64,000 nucleotides of DNA from a cyanobacterium endosymbiont of Rhopalodia gibba (GTDB lineage Bacteria; Cyanobacteriota; Cyanobacteriia; Cyanobacteriales; Microcystaceae): NCBI GenBank assembly GCA_045159875.1, contig CP067995.1, forward strand, positions 1,696,001 to 1,760,000, given 5' to 3'. Shown here one piece after another: positions 44,387 to 56,092 of this stretch. The notes under the pieces were generated by a model. That model was not told the origin of the DNA, did not search any database, and saw only the letters and a list, made by a program, of their open reading frames with translations. The position numbers and the translations under genes were made by a program. Every line of letters starts with the position of its first letter. The first letter of the stretch is position 1.

Positions 44387-45880
44387 TTATCCGTCTAAGA
44401 CAGTTTCGTGTTTTATCTTCTTAAATAACTTAAAGAGACGATTTGCCCAGTAGCTGACATCGTAAGTTGTCACAGTTTCGTACATTTTAGCCATACGTTC
44501 CTTTTGTTCTTCAGGGGACATGGCTAAAGCTTTTTCTATTGCTTGATCCATAAGGTCAATTGAATATGGATTGGTCAAAATTGCTTGAGGAAGTTCAATA
44601 GCAGCTCCAACAAATTCGGAGAGAATTAAAACTCCATCTTTACCTTCATGAGCAACGATGTATTCCTTCGCGACTAAGTTTAAGCCATCTCTTAAAGGAG
44701 TTGTCCAGCAAATATCAGCGACGCGATAGTAGCAGAACAGATCTTCTAAAGGCAGCGGTTGAGTAAACAGTTGAATTGGGGTCCAATCGAACTTGGCATA
44801 TTGTCCATTGATGTTTCCTACTAGCTGCTCAATCTGCTTTTGAGCAGTTTCATACACTCGCATTCCGGTGGCAGGTTGTACACAAGTCATGACTAGGTTT
44901 ATTTTACTGTGTAAGTCAGGACGGCGTTCTAATAAACGACCAAAGGCTTCTAACTTCTCACTATTTCCTTTAACATAGTCTACCCGACCAGCCGCAACTA
45001 ATAGCTTGCGTCCTTGAAGTTCTTCTCTAATTTGCTCAAGTCTAATTTTAATTTCTGGTTTATTCAGGACTTCAAGAATATTTTTGGGGTTAGTCCCTAC
45101 TGGAAAAGCATCAATATTAATAATTTGTCCTTTATAGGAAAGCTTTGTAGTTCGTTCAGGTTCAGCTAAAGCAATTCCCACCGAAGTCATGTGTCCAGCT
45201 ACTTTTTCTCTCTGTACAATTTCCACTGCTCGCAAACCGCGAACTACATTCACAAAGTTCTCTGAATACCGAGGAATATGAAATCCAACCACGTCACAGC
45301 ATAGCAAACTATCTACAATAGCTTCGCGCCAAGGTAGAATGTTAAATATATCTACCGGGGGAAAAGGTGTATGGTGAAAAAAGGCGATGCGAACATTCGG
45401 CATTTTCTGACGAATGTAATAGGGAACTAACCAAAGATTATAGTCATGAACCCAAACTAAGGCATCATCGGCTGCTTCTTTACAAGCAGCATCTGCGAAA
45501 AGACGATTGATTTCTGTAAAATTCTCCCAATCTGATGACTCACTGGTGAAATGTGAAGGGAAGGAATGGAGAATTGGCCAAAAGGCTTCTTTCGAGGTAA
45601 TGTGATAGAAATGTTTAACTTGATTGGCGTTTAGGGGAATACGATGGACGGTGTAACTTGCATCCTCCTCTACAGTAACCTGTTCGGTGAACGTAGCTTT
45701 TTCTTCAGTACTAACCTGCTTCCATGCAATCCAAGTTCCTTGACAGACATCAGTGAAAAAACTTTTTAGGGTTGGGATAATTCCATTAGGACTTTTCTTT
45801 GGTCGGTAGTGAATTTTTCCATTTTCTACTACCTCATCATAGGGTTCGCGATGGTATAGAATAACGAGAGATGATTTCAT
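44387..45880 (-). CDS. ggpS: Glucosylglycerol-phosphate synthase (GT20)
   Basis: MKSSLVILYHREPYDEVVENG..KSPNGIIPTL N-terminus, VHDYNL, FHHTPFP, RDGLNLVAKEY. Adjacent to glpD. Confidence 0.95.
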   Translation of the reverse strand: MKSSLVILYHREPYDEVVENGKIHYRPKKSPNGIIPTLKSFFTDVCQGTWIAWKQVSTEEKATFTEQVTVEEDASYTVHRIPLNANQVKHFYHITSKEAFWPILHSFPSHFTSESSDWENFTEINRLFADAACKEAADDALVWVHDYNLWLVPYYIRQKMPNVRIAFFHHTPFPPVDIFNILPWREAIVDSLLCCDVVGFHIPRYSENFVNVVRGLRAVEIVQREKVAGHMTSVGIALAEPERTTKLSYKGQIINIDAFPVGTNPKNILEVLNKPEIKIRLEQIREELQGRKLLVAAGRVDYVKGNSEKLEAFGRLLERRPDLHSKINLVMTCVQPATGMRVYETAQKQIEQLVGNINGQYAKFDWTPIQLFTQPLPLEDLFCYYRVADICWTTPLRDGLNLVAKEYIVAHEGKDGVLILSEFVGAAIELPQAILTNPYSIDLMDQAIEKALAMSPEEQKERMAKMYETVTTYDVSYWANRLFKLFKKIKHETVLDG

Positions 45881-46405
45881 AATCTATCTTTTCTTTGCTG
45901 GCTAGTATTTGTTGTGAGTTGTTAACTACTTAGACTCCCAACGAACGCTCTGTGGACTTTTTAGTGAGTATTTTGGGAGTTCATTAGTCGCTCGCATATT
46001 CGCATACATTTAGTCCAAAGCTCAGCGGTTGGGACTACTTTTGTCACCATAAAGTCCTAACGAAGAGTATAGCTTTGATTGACTCAATCTATTTTTCTAA
46101 TTTAAGATTTTCTTCGTCTTTATCCTTATAACAAATCAAAAGAAGAAACCCTCTGAACCTAACTTGTTTATTTGTTTTGTATGGATTTTATACCAAGTAT
46201 TTTAACATAAATTTACAGTATTGAGTATGAAATATTTAAGTATGAATTGGAGATATTCTCTATACTAAGACAAGGACTAATGGTTAACAAACTCTAAAGA
46301 ATTAATAAAATTATAAAAAATTCCCCTATTATCTGGAGAAATAGACCAGGCCAAATTTTTCAAATAAAGTCATCTTGACGTTAGCCATCATTAAGGTGGA
46401 ACATT

Positions 46406-46723
46406 ATGGTAATTAAAAAGCAATTTTCTAGTTTTAAAAACCTGCTAGCTACTTCCAAAGTTCCTGTGTTGGTCGATTTCTATGCAACCTGGTGCGGTCC
46501 CTGTCAAATGATGAGTCCTATCTTAGAACAGGTGGGTACTCATCTGAAGGGTCGTCTACAGATTATAAAGATTGATAGCGATAAATATCCGGGAATATCC
46601 TCTAAATATGGAATTCAAGCTTTACCGACTTTAGTTTTATTCAAAAAAGGCGAACCAGTCGAGCGGATTGAAGGGGTAGTTCAAGCGTCTCAACTAATTC
46701 AACACTTACAAATTCTCATCTAA
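46406..46723 (+). CDS. Thioredoxin (likely y-type)
   Basis: VLVDFYATWCGPCQMM, IQALPTLVLFK. Confidence 0.95.
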   Translation: MVIKKQFSSFKNLLATSKVPVLVDFYATWCGPCQMMSPILEQVGTHLKGRLQIIKIDSDKYPGISSKYGIQALPTLVLFKKGEPVERIEGVVQASQLIQHLQILI

Positions 46724-46776
46724 ATTGTTGATGGTAAATTTATGATTACCCAATCGTTGTTAACTTTTAATTTAAA

Positions 46777-48210
46777 CTAAGTTATGGACTCACTTAAAAG
46801 ATTGAGTCCGTCACGTTCAGCCTCACTTAGTTCAGGGGACCTACCCATGACTGACTTATATACTTTAATATATTCGGCAGCAGATTTATACCAGCTAAAG
46901 TTTTGGGACATACATCGTTGTTGAAGTTTTTGCCAATCTTGTTTAAAGCGAAACCCCTCCCAAGCTCGTATCATACAGGTTAAAAAATCCAAAGGCTCAT
47001 AGCGATCGAAACAGTATCCAGTTCCCGTATTATTAATGGGGTCATAAAATGACACTGTATCTACCAACCCCCCAGTACGGCGAACAATGGGAACACAGCC
47101 ATAACGCATGGCTAACAATTGACTGATGCCACAAGGTTCGAAACGAGAGGGCATTAAGAAAACATCTGAACCAGCATAAATTCGTCGGGAAAGAGCATCA
47201 TTATAGAGAAGTTGCACTGACATTCTTCCTCGAAAACGGGAAGCTATTTGCCATAATTGAGTTTCATAATAGTGGTCTCCAGTCCCAACAATGACTAATT
47301 GAACATCGGTGTAAGCCATAAACCGATCTAGGATTTGCATCATGAGGTCAATGCCTTTTTGTTCGACTAAACGAGTCACCATCCCCATCAATAAAATATT
47401 TTTATTCGCCTCTAGACCTGTCTCTTCTTGTAACCCAATTTTATTAGCTTCTCGCATTTCTAGAGTATCTTTTGTGAAGGTTTGATATAGAAATTTGTCA
47501 GTAGTTGGATTATAATTTTCCATGTCAATACCATTAAGAATTCCTGCTATATTCTCATGAATGTGAGAAAGCAAACCTTCTAACTTTTCTCCATACTCCG
47601 CTGTTTGAATTTGCTGAGCATAAGTGGGAGAAACGGTAGTAACTCGTCCGGCGAATTGCAAGGCTGAAGCCATAACATTATCCCCTTGCATATACCAGGG
47701 ACACCATGTTACTTGTTCTAAATAAGCACGCCATGGTCCTTGATAAGCCAAATTATGAATGGTAAAAACTGTATTAATATCAGGAGACTGCTTCATCCAA
47801 ACAGGGATCATGCCCGTATGCCAGTCATGACAGTGAATAATATTTGGTTTCCAGAAATTCCAAGCAAATTCAGCCGCCCCATTTGCAAAAAGAGTAAATC
47901 GCCAAAATTCATCCTCCCCACGATAAATACGACGGGGGGTAAATGCTTGATGTCCAAATAGATAAAGTGGGATATTACTATCGGGCAAGGTAGTTTCATA
48001 CACAACGAAATTTTGAAACATGGCAAACCCTTGCCAAATAGGAATTGGAGTAATTTCTAGTTTATCAGCTAAAAAGCCATAATATGGGATAAAAATCCGT
48101 ACATCATATCCTAATTTGTGTAAAATTTTTGGTAAAGTTCCGACTACATCTCCCATACCTCCGGCTTTTGCGAGGGGGGCGACTTCTGCCGCAACAAATA
48201 AAATTCGCAT
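46777..48210 (-). CDS. glgA: Glycogen synthase
   Basis: MRILFVAAEVAPLAKAGGMGDV, HCHDWHTG, FTIHNLAYQG, PSRFEPCGISQ, TGGLVDTV. ATG at 48210. Confidence 0.97.
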   Translation of the reverse strand: MRILFVAAEVAPLAKAGGMGDVVGTLPKILHKLGYDVRIFIPYYGFLADKLEITPIPIWQGFAMFQNFVVYETTLPDSNIPLYLFGHQAFTPRRIYRGEDEFWRFTLFANGAAEFAWNFWKPNIIHCHDWHTGMIPVWMKQSPDINTVFTIHNLAYQGPWRAYLEQVTWCPWYMQGDNVMASALQFAGRVTTVSPTYAQQIQTAEYGEKLEGLLSHIHENIAGILNGIDMENYNPTTDKFLYQTFTKDTLEMREANKIGLQEETGLEANKNILLMGMVTRLVEQKGIDLMMQILDRFMAYTDVQLVIVGTGDHYYETQLWQIASRFRGRMSVQLLYNDALSRRIYAGSDVFLMPSRFEPCGISQLLAMRYGCVPIVRRTGGLVDTVSFYDPINNTGTGYCFDRYEPLDFLTCMIRAWEGFRFKQDWQKLQQRCMSQNFSWYKSAAEYIKVYKSVMGRSPELSEAERDGLNLLSESIT

Positions 48211-50103
48211 CTTTGCTCCGTGTGTCTTGGCGTTAGTTCTCTGATCGATTATACGAGAGTTGATCCCTCTTGAGATAGTTAAATTTTGAATGCTAGAAAT
48301 CAACTACTGACTTTTTATTCTTGAGAAGACATAAAGTTTAATTTTTAAATTATTTCTTTTTATATTGACAAGTGTTTTCTAGTCATTAAATATACTGAAG
48401 GCATTAGTTAACTTTGACTTTCTTGAAGTCAACTAATGTTTATTGCAAATTAGATAGCATATTATTTTGCGCTATAAACAACTATTTTTGCTTCAAATAA
48501 ACAAGTAAGTTAGGTTGTCTTAAATTTTAATACAATTAATACTATCTAGACTAATTCGATATCAAAACATATTTTTTAAAATTAGCTTTGGTTAAGTTAA
48601 CTTTTATTTAAATTTTCAAAGAAATTTATTGATTAAGCTTTATGAATAAATAATTTTAAAAATGCCAGTATACATATACTTTTTTTGTTTATAATTATAA
48701 AATTATATCTAAATTTTATCAAAAATAAACTTGAAAAAATAACTTACTAATAACTTAATGAAGCCAGCTTTTATCTCGAAAAAATAGATTATATAAACAT
48801 TATTTTTTATATTATTATTTATATTTTTTTTGAAATCTAATTGTGGCTTATCTTTGTTGAATATTTTCTGTCTCATTATTGGGATGATTATTATTTCTAT
48901 TTTAATTATTATGTATTTATTCTTATCAATTTATTTTTGACCAATTTAAACCTAATAAACAAATATTTATTTAAAAAGATATTTCTTTTTTGATGTTAAT
49001 TTAATTAAATTATTTATATTAAAATCTATACTGGTTTAATTGCTACAGGTAGTTTTACCTAAACTTTAATGATTTAGCTAGGATTTAGAAAAATAAGTAA
49101 ACTATAAATATAAATAACTTATATTTCATATCTTTAATTGATCGCAATTAAATTGTACTTGGTTTAAAATTTAATTATTAAAGACTTTATAAAAAAACTT
49201 TAATAATTTTATTATTGTCTAAATTATATTTAGTATTTTTTAGACAACTACTTTAATAAAAATTAGTATTTGTATTGATACGCAAAATTTATTTAGATTG
49301 ACACTTTTTAGGTTTTATTTATTAAATTTTTTAAAAATTTTTAACTGTTAATTAAGCTCAATGAAATTCACTTTAATCGGTTAAATATATAATTAAAAAT
49401 TGGCCAGTTTATTTTATATTTATTTTCATAAAATACATATTTTTTTAAAAAAAAATTATTGGTATTTTGAAAGATAACTTAGGAAAAAATAATATTTTTA
49501 TACTTTTTTTTACAAGCGGTTTATAGATTAATCTACGCTAAATTATATTATTTTAATAATGGTTTCAAGAAATTAAGATTTCTATTTCCTGTTAATTTGA
49601 TAGTTTTATTCTTCTACCATATGTTTATTATTTTTATTTATAAGAATAGGTTTTTGTTAATTTTTTAATTGTCTTAAAAAGAAGATAGATATTATTTATG
49701 CTTATGTGATAAATATTTTTTAATAATTATTAAAGACCGCTACTCTATTATTTAAAATAATAATTTTTAGTCTAATTAATTTTAATTAATAGATTAAAAA
49801 TCATTTGACAATTAAATTTATTAAAATGAATAGAAAATTAATCTAGATATAGTTTCTTAAAAACTAATTGAGCAATCTAGTAGATTCTGAGAATAGAAGA
49901 TAAACTTATATAAAACTTCCGGAAACTCACTGATTATATTCTTATACCAATCTAATTTTTAGATAAGGCAGACACTTTTACTATAAAACATAGTATAATA
50001 AGACTCTATGGTCCGACGAGAGTAAAGTTTCTCTTGGTTTAGTCAAATTTCAAAGGTATCACGATTAAAATACTCCCAAATTGATATTATAATACATATA
50101 CTG

Positions 50104-50149
50104 CACATTATGATATCATGAATACATGGTAGCATGATATCATAATGTG
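50104..50149. repeat. Perfect inverted repeat, 17-bp arms, 12-nt spacer
   Basis: CACATTATGATATCATG-aatacatggtag-CATGATATCATAATGTG. Confidence 0.95.
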
Positions 50150-50232
50150 TATTACATATCGATATCAAGTTACGGGCTTTTTATATAGTGAACTAGTAAG
50201 CTAAATTTCTCTCTTCAATGACTATTTCAATT

Positions 50233-50269
50233 TCAAACTATTTTAATCTCAAACTGTTTTAATCTCAAA
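50233..50269 (+). repeat. 16-bp tandem repeat (about 2.3 units) upstream of the protease gene
   Basis: TCAAACTATTTTAATC TCAAACTGTTTTAATC TCAAA. Confidence 0.8.
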
Positions 50270-50290
50270 TTATTAAAGGTCAAATCCGTA

Positions 50291-51520
50291 ATGAAAAATA
50301 ATACACTTAACCTCGATTATTCGCACCCTAATAAATCCCAACGTCCTCTTCTGGGGACTTCCTTAACCTATGTTTCTTCAGTCCTATTAGGGATCGGAAT
50401 AGGGGTTGGGGGAGCTTATACTATTAGTCAATCTAAATTCTTAACAAAACCCACTGAACCTTTAGAAAAATCCCAGGTTACTGAATCTTCGGAAAAATTT
50501 ATTTCTTCTCAAAATAACGAAAGTTTTGTTACTGATGTTGTTAAAAGAGTAGGACCTGCTGTTGTTCGTATTGATGCTTCTAGAACAGTTACAAATAAGG
50601 TTCCTCCAGTTTTTGATGATCCATTTTTCCGCCGCTTTTTCAGCTCTGAAATTCCTGGAGTTCCTCAGGAACAAATTGAACGAGGAACAGGGTCGGGATT
50701 TATCTTAAGTAAAGATGGAAAAATTCTTACTAATGCCCATGTTGTCGCCGGGACAAAAGTGGTAACTGTTACTTTAAAAGATGGCCGTACATTTGAAGGG
50801 AAGGTGTTAGGAACTGATCCTTTAACAGACGTGGCTGTCATTAAAATTGAAGCTAATGATTTACCCAAGGTACAACAGGGAAATTCTGATAATCTTCAGG
50901 TAGGAGAGTGGGCAATTGCTATTGGTAATCCTCTAGGATTAGATAACACAGTTACAACAGGAATTATTAGTGCGACAAAGAGGTTAAGTTCTCAAGTTGG
51001 AGTAGGTGATAAACGAATTGAATTTATCCAAACCGATGCAGCAATTAATCCTGGTAATTCAGGAGGTCCTTTACTCAATTCTGATGGACAAGTTATCGGA
51101 ATGAATACTGCTATCATTCAAAATGCTCAAGGAATTGGGTTTGCGATCCCCATTAATAAAGCCGAAAGAATTGCTAATAAATTAATTGAAGATGGGAAGG
51201 TAGAACACCCATTTTTAGGAATCCAAATGGTAGAAGTCACTCCTGAAATTAAAAATAAACTACAGGAAAGTCAGGGGCTGAATTTAACAACAGATAAAGG
51301 AGTATTAATTGCTAAGGTTATGCCAGATTCTCCTGCTGAACAAGCTGGATTAAAAGCAGGAGATATTCTTCGAGGAATTGGTAAAAGACTCCTAAATAAT
51401 CCAGGAGAAGTACAAAAAGCTGTAGAAAAAACCCAAGTTGGGGAAATTTTACATTTACAGATTGAGCGAGATGGAAGCCCTATTAATTTAAGTGTTAAAG
51501 TGGGAGTGCTACCTAATTAG
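50291..51520 (+). CDS. HtrA/HhoA/HhoB-family serine protease with PDZ domain
   Basis: N-terminal TM segment, GSGFI, TNAHVV, DVAV, IQTDAAINPGNSGGPL, C-terminal PDZ. Confidence 0.95.
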   Translation: MKNNTLNLDYSHPNKSQRPLLGTSLTYVSSVLLGIGIGVGGAYTISQSKFLTKPTEPLEKSQVTESSEKFISSQNNESFVTDVVKRVGPAVVRIDASRTVTNKVPPVFDDPFFRRFFSSEIPGVPQEQIERGTGSGFILSKDGKILTNAHVVAGTKVVTVTLKDGRTFEGKVLGTDPLTDVAVIKIEANDLPKVQQGNSDNLQVGEWAIAIGNPLGLDNTVTTGIISATKRLSSQVGVGDKRIEFIQTDAAINPGNSGGPLLNSDGQVIGMNTAIIQNAQGIGFAIPINKAERIANKLIEDGKVEHPFLGIQMVEVTPEIKNKLQESQGLNLTTDKGVLIAKVMPDSPAEQAGLKAGDILRGIGKRLLNNPGEVQKAVEKTQVGEILHLQIERDGSPINLSVKVGVLPN

Positions 51521-51634
51521 TTAATTATAAACAATGAATTATTTAATTATTGATCAATCTTTTACATTATTCTGATTTCAAAAAATATTCGCAAGTGTTT
51601 AGTACTTCTGAAAAAAATTCACATAGTTTTTTAC

Positions 51635-52392
51635 ATGAAAAATATCATTAGTGGATTTGGCTTTTTTCAGGAGTGACTTATCTTTTCCGTCTTTTAGAAA
51701 TTTTTAAACCTGATTCTCGTCTTTTATCTCATATTATTGTTCCTGTCCTAATTAATGCTGTTTAAGGAATTGTTCTATATTTTAAGATTATTATTCTTTA
51801 GGTTAGCAAATCAGTCAAACAGTAATCGTAAATTTGATTGCTTATCTGGATGCGGTTTTGACTAATTTACCTGGTTAGTTAGAAACTTTAGATTATTTGA
51901 TTGATTTTAACAGGATTTATTTTAGCTCAATTTTGGATGATTTTAGGTGGTACTTAGTATGGAAAGCTTTCAGAAAAATTGGAAAAGTTAAGGACAGGAA
52001 CAGTAAATATAATAAAAGTTGGAATAATTACAGATATTTGCTTAGCAATTCTTTTTGAACTCAAAAAATTAGTGCTATTAATTTTGATGGCATTACTGTT
52101 AATTTTATTTAATTTTGTTCCCGTTGTAGGTACTTTATTATCTTCTCTAGTAAAAATTACTGTAACCAGTATAATTATTTGTCTCGATTTTTTTTTAATC
52201 TTAGAAAGACTGCGGCTACAGTTCCGTTAAAATTACAAATTTTTTGGAAAAGTTTGCCAAGAAGTTCATAATTTTCTTTAGTTTATTTTTTGTTAATTAG
52301 TATTACTTTAGTAAATTTATTGACTATTTCATTTTGAGTCGGAATAGGTACTTTATTTGTCTGTACTCGTATGCTATTAAGCAGTTCATAAC
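51635..52392 (+). pseudogene. EI24/CysZ-like membrane protein pseudogene
   Basis: MKNIISGFGF/GVTYLFRLLEIF..HIIVPVLINAV*, then *YGKLSEKLEKLRTG..AILFELKKL..NFVPVVG..ICLDFF..LERLRL. Multiple stops and frameshifts. Confidence 0.8.
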
Positions 52393-52418
52393 TCATGCTA
52401 TTAAGCAGTTCATAACTC
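52371..52418 (+). repeat. Exact 24-bp tandem duplication
   Basis: ATGCTATTAAGCAGTTCATAACTC twice, at the 3' end of the EI24-like pseudogene. Confidence 0.95.
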
Positions 52419-53533
52419 AGTAGTAATTAACCTGATGATGTTTTCTATTAAGTCTTGTGTTACCTAAATTATTAGGTTCAAGAATTAAGTACTAATTAGT
52501 ATTTATGTTTAGATCTCACGCTTATTAAAAAGCCTAATTATATAGATAATCATATTAAAACTCTATGTATAAAGAATTCCATTGTACTAAATCTAATATT
52601 TTTACTTCATTTATACCTGTAGTGTCAAATGTGTAAACTAGTTTAATAAATAACATTTTAAATTTAGAAAAAATTACCATCGTTTATCATATACAATTTA
52701 GATGTATTAAGAATGATTATATCTATCTAAAAAATAGATATAATAGCGACTTGTATTTATTGTGGACAACTTTTTAAAAACTTCATAACAACAATACATT
52801 GATTATTAGAAGTTTTTCTTATTCAGAACAATTTGTCTATCTCAAGATCAATTCTCCTTAAATGAGATCTAATTAATATGTAAAAATTTATTTAAAAAAT
52901 AAATAATGTATACTAAAGTATTCAGAATAAAAATAGTTTAAAAAATTTCAAGTAGTGAAATTAATACATAAAAAATATTCAAAGTTAATATAAATTAATA
53001 CAAAAAAATCGACCATTAAAGAGTGGATAATTAATAAAAATATTATAGTTAATCGATAGAAATATGAAGATTAAAATTCAGCTATATAATATCAATTATA
53101 TACATATATGACAATGTATATCTGTTGATTGATAAAGAAAAGTTGCGATAGATATTGATTTTTTTAAAATCTTTTCTATCGTGTCAGTTTTCTACTGTTT
53201 ATTATTAGCGACTACTTTGTGTTTTCCGAACAATTATACCTAAGCCCATTATTCAATGTTTAATTTTTCAATATTAGATCTTTGATAAAGAAGTTGATTT
53301 GAACAAATCGAAAAGATTAATTTTTAAATTTGTTGGCTAAAAAATAGTCTAAATAGACGCAATTATATTTAAAGTAAGTTACCAGCTTGTCAAAAAGTTA
53401 CCTGTAATTTTTCTACAACAAGTCAAAAATTTTAACCGGTTTATTTTGATGTAAATCTTTTAAAATTAATCAGTAGTTGTGATTAATTTAATGTCACCCT
53501 TTCTGTAAACTTCACAATAAAAAAACATCAAAA

Positions 53534-55192
53534 ATGACTATCAATAAAGCGATAGACAAGGTTGAAAAAGCCGAAATTCACTTACTCAGTGAATTTGATT
53601 TCTATTTATTTATTCGAAGAAATCATCATTAGATATTTTAAAAATTCAGAGCGCACCTCGTTGAACTTAACTCCATAGCAAAAGGATGCTTTGCCTGATA
53701 AGCTTTTAACACCTGTCGTGGAGAACTTAAACCGGTAGAACAACTACAGCTATTTAATTAAGACGCAATGAAATGGTAATGTCGGAACTCTTTATTGAAA
53801 AGCTCAGCTTCAGGGCAAAATACAAATTTGTTGTTGAAAACACCGACAAATACTGTAGTTATAAAAACGATTTCTAGAGTTACTCCTCTTAGATATCTGG
53901 AAATCTTAAAATTGGTTATATAAACAGGCTAAAATCGATTTTTATGATGTTTTTTATCCATTATTGAGGTCTATTTAGAGTCATGGTTGCATACCAGTTA
54001 TGACTCTACCTCTAATGTCAATCTTACCATACTCATTCCCCACAAGCGCGGAGGGCGCTTTCCAACCTACTGTGAATTAACATATGATGAATTCCCTATG
54101 TCAAAGAAATGGATTGTATCTATATTGGACTTTTTCTCGTAGCCAAATATTTTTTTGATGGATCTTGAGGATATCAAGTAGTGGGTTATTATTATATGCC
54201 CCTACGTTTCGTTATGGAACTCACCAAAATTATATTTATTTTGTCAATTATATTGATTTACAAGAAATAAGAATTATTGTGGATTAGGTTACAGGGCATT
54301 TTTCTAAAGACCTTAATGAGTTAGCTATGTTTTACGGAACTATCTTGTACAAATATAGTGACCTTTATTATATAAAATATAAAGGATAAGGATCTTCGTT
54401 TTTAACTACAGATGCAATGAAGTTCACAATTTCTTGATTGCTAACGCCTTATTTTAATGTGATTACTATTAAATTAATCAGGTTCAAATGAATGCAGTCA
54501 ACTCAATGTGATATCTTGATTATGACCGAAAATCCGGTCGATAGATTCCTGATAAACACGAAGAGACGATAATACTAAGGCGGTGGCTCTTATTTTTTAA
54601 TTAAACGTAGTCCTCTTCAAGAATTATCCAGAAATTTTGTCCATGGCTGAAGAATATACTACTTGGGCTGATGTTACACCACATCTCACTGGCATTAGCG
54701 GACTAGAAATTTTGAATGGAATATGGGTTATATCAATGATACCCTGCGATGTTTTCAAATATATCCCAAAAATGGCTCGAATGATCATAAACAAATTCTA
54801 TTTAGTCTCCGGCATACTTTTAATAAAGGTTTTATATTTGCATTTTCTTATGATAAAATGGTTCAGAAAAAAAACTATTTACTTAATTCAAGGAGGAAAC
54901 TTTGTTTATAGAGATGGAGTTTTATAAGAGCCATAAATAGAACGTAACTGTTTGTAACTTTGAACTAAATATTTATCAAAATTATTGGGTTAGCGTGCTT
55001 CAACCAGGGGCATAACTAGTATTGCTCATCAATACTAGTTATGCCCCTGAGGTTTATGGTGGTCATGGAACACTGAAACAATTTCCTATCGAAACCTGTT
55101 AATGGAATTTTGACACTTGGCCTTATGTTTTAAAAGTAAAGGCTCCTGTTTTGAGTGCCGTAGTCTTTCAATTAAAAAACAGGAAATGTTAA
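53534..55192 (+). pseudogene. glgB: 1,4-alpha-glucan branching enzyme pseudogene with internal deletions
   Basis: LLSEFDFYLF..HH*IF*KFRAHL, EVYLESWLH..RFPTYCEL, FDGS*GYQVVGYY/APTFRYG, LSMAEEYTTW, AFSYDKMVQKK, TLFIEMEF, VTVCNF..YWVSVLQPG..NT..EVYGG..WPYVLKVKAPVLSAVVFQL*. Confidence 0.92.
55005..55049. repeat. Perfect inverted repeat, 20-bp arms, 5-nt spacer, inside the glgB pseudogene
   Basis: CAGGGGCATAACTAGTATTG-ctcat-CAATACTAGTTATGCCCCTG. Confidence 0.97.
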
Positions 55193-55252
55193 GGTCATGA
55201 TATTGAGAATGGGTAATTGCTTCACCCTCAATAGAATATAGACAGTGTTGAA

Positions 55253-55807
55253 CTAAACAGCAAAAATTAGACTTTCAAACTTTTGTAATGTTTGGTTTAG
55301 GTCATCATTAATAAGGGTGTAGTTAAATTCTCCACTAGCCGTCAACTCTTCTTTGGCTCGTTTCAGACGGCAGGTAATAGCCTCTTGTGAATCTTTACCG
55401 CGTCTTCTCAGACGACGTTCTAGTTCTTCTAAAGATGGAGGTAGAATGAAAATTCCTAGAGCATCAGGAAAAGTCTGTTTAATACTCCTTGCTCCCACTA
55501 CATCAATTTCTAATAACACTTTTGTCCCCAAGTTAATTTTTTCTTCTATATCAAAACGAGGGGTACCATAGCAATTATCGGCATACTCTGCCCATTCTAA
55601 TAACTCTCCTTCGTTAATCATCTCTTCAAATTGGGAGCGTGTGACAAAATGGTAATCTTTTCCATCCACTTCGCCCCGACGAGGAAAACGGGTAGTAGCG
55701 GAGATAGACAAGTAAAGGTTATTATGGCGTGCTAGTAAGGAACGAACGAGCGTCCCTTTACCAACGCCACTAGGCCCCGTCAGTACGATGAGCTGTCCTG
55801 ATGACAT
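55253..55807 (-). CDS. gmk: Guanylate kinase
   Basis: GPSGVGKGT, SATTRFPRRGEVDGKDY, YGTP, FILPPS. Confidence 0.97.
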   Translation of the reverse strand: MSSGQLIVLTGPSGVGKGTLVRSLLARHNNLYLSISATTRFPRRGEVDGKDYHFVTRSQFEEMINEGELLEWAEYADNCYGTPRFDIEEKINLGTKVLLEIDVVGARSIKQTFPDALGIFILPPSLEELERRLRRRGKDSQEAITCRLKRAKEELTASGEFNYTLINDDLNQTLQKFESLIFAV

Positions 55808-55822
55808 GGGGGAATTTTACCT

Positions 55823-56092
55823 TTAATTACCGTTAGCATGAGTATCTTTGCTGACAACAAATCGATGGGCGACAGTTTCTGGCTGAATGGCTGAAAGTAC
55901 CACATGACTCGAATCTGTCATAATTACTGCGCGGGTTCGGCGGCCATAGGTAGCATCGATAAGTTGTCCACGATCGCGGGCATCGGTGATAATACGTTTA
56001 ATAGGTGCTGATTCAGGGCTAACAATTGCAATCACCCGATTAGCAGAAACGATGTTTCCAAACCCAATGTTGATCAGTTGTATGTTTTCCAT
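55823..56092 (-). CDS. RemA/DUF370 family regulator
   Basis: [42 protein letters not shown]. Conserved position upstream of gmk. Confidence 0.93.
   Translation of the reverse strand: MENIQLINIGFGNIVSANRVIAIVSPESAPIKRIITDARDRGQLIDATYGRRTRAVIMTDSSHVVLSAIQPETVAHRFVVSKDTHANGN

Noticed and set aside
48300..50090. 1.8-kb extremely AT-rich spacer as a functional element
   Set aside because: No decodable reading frame or structured repeat found; most likely terminally eroded DNA.
54637..54927. ORFs 54637..54927 and 54723..54911
   Set aside because: They are frameshifted fragments of the glgB pseudogene.
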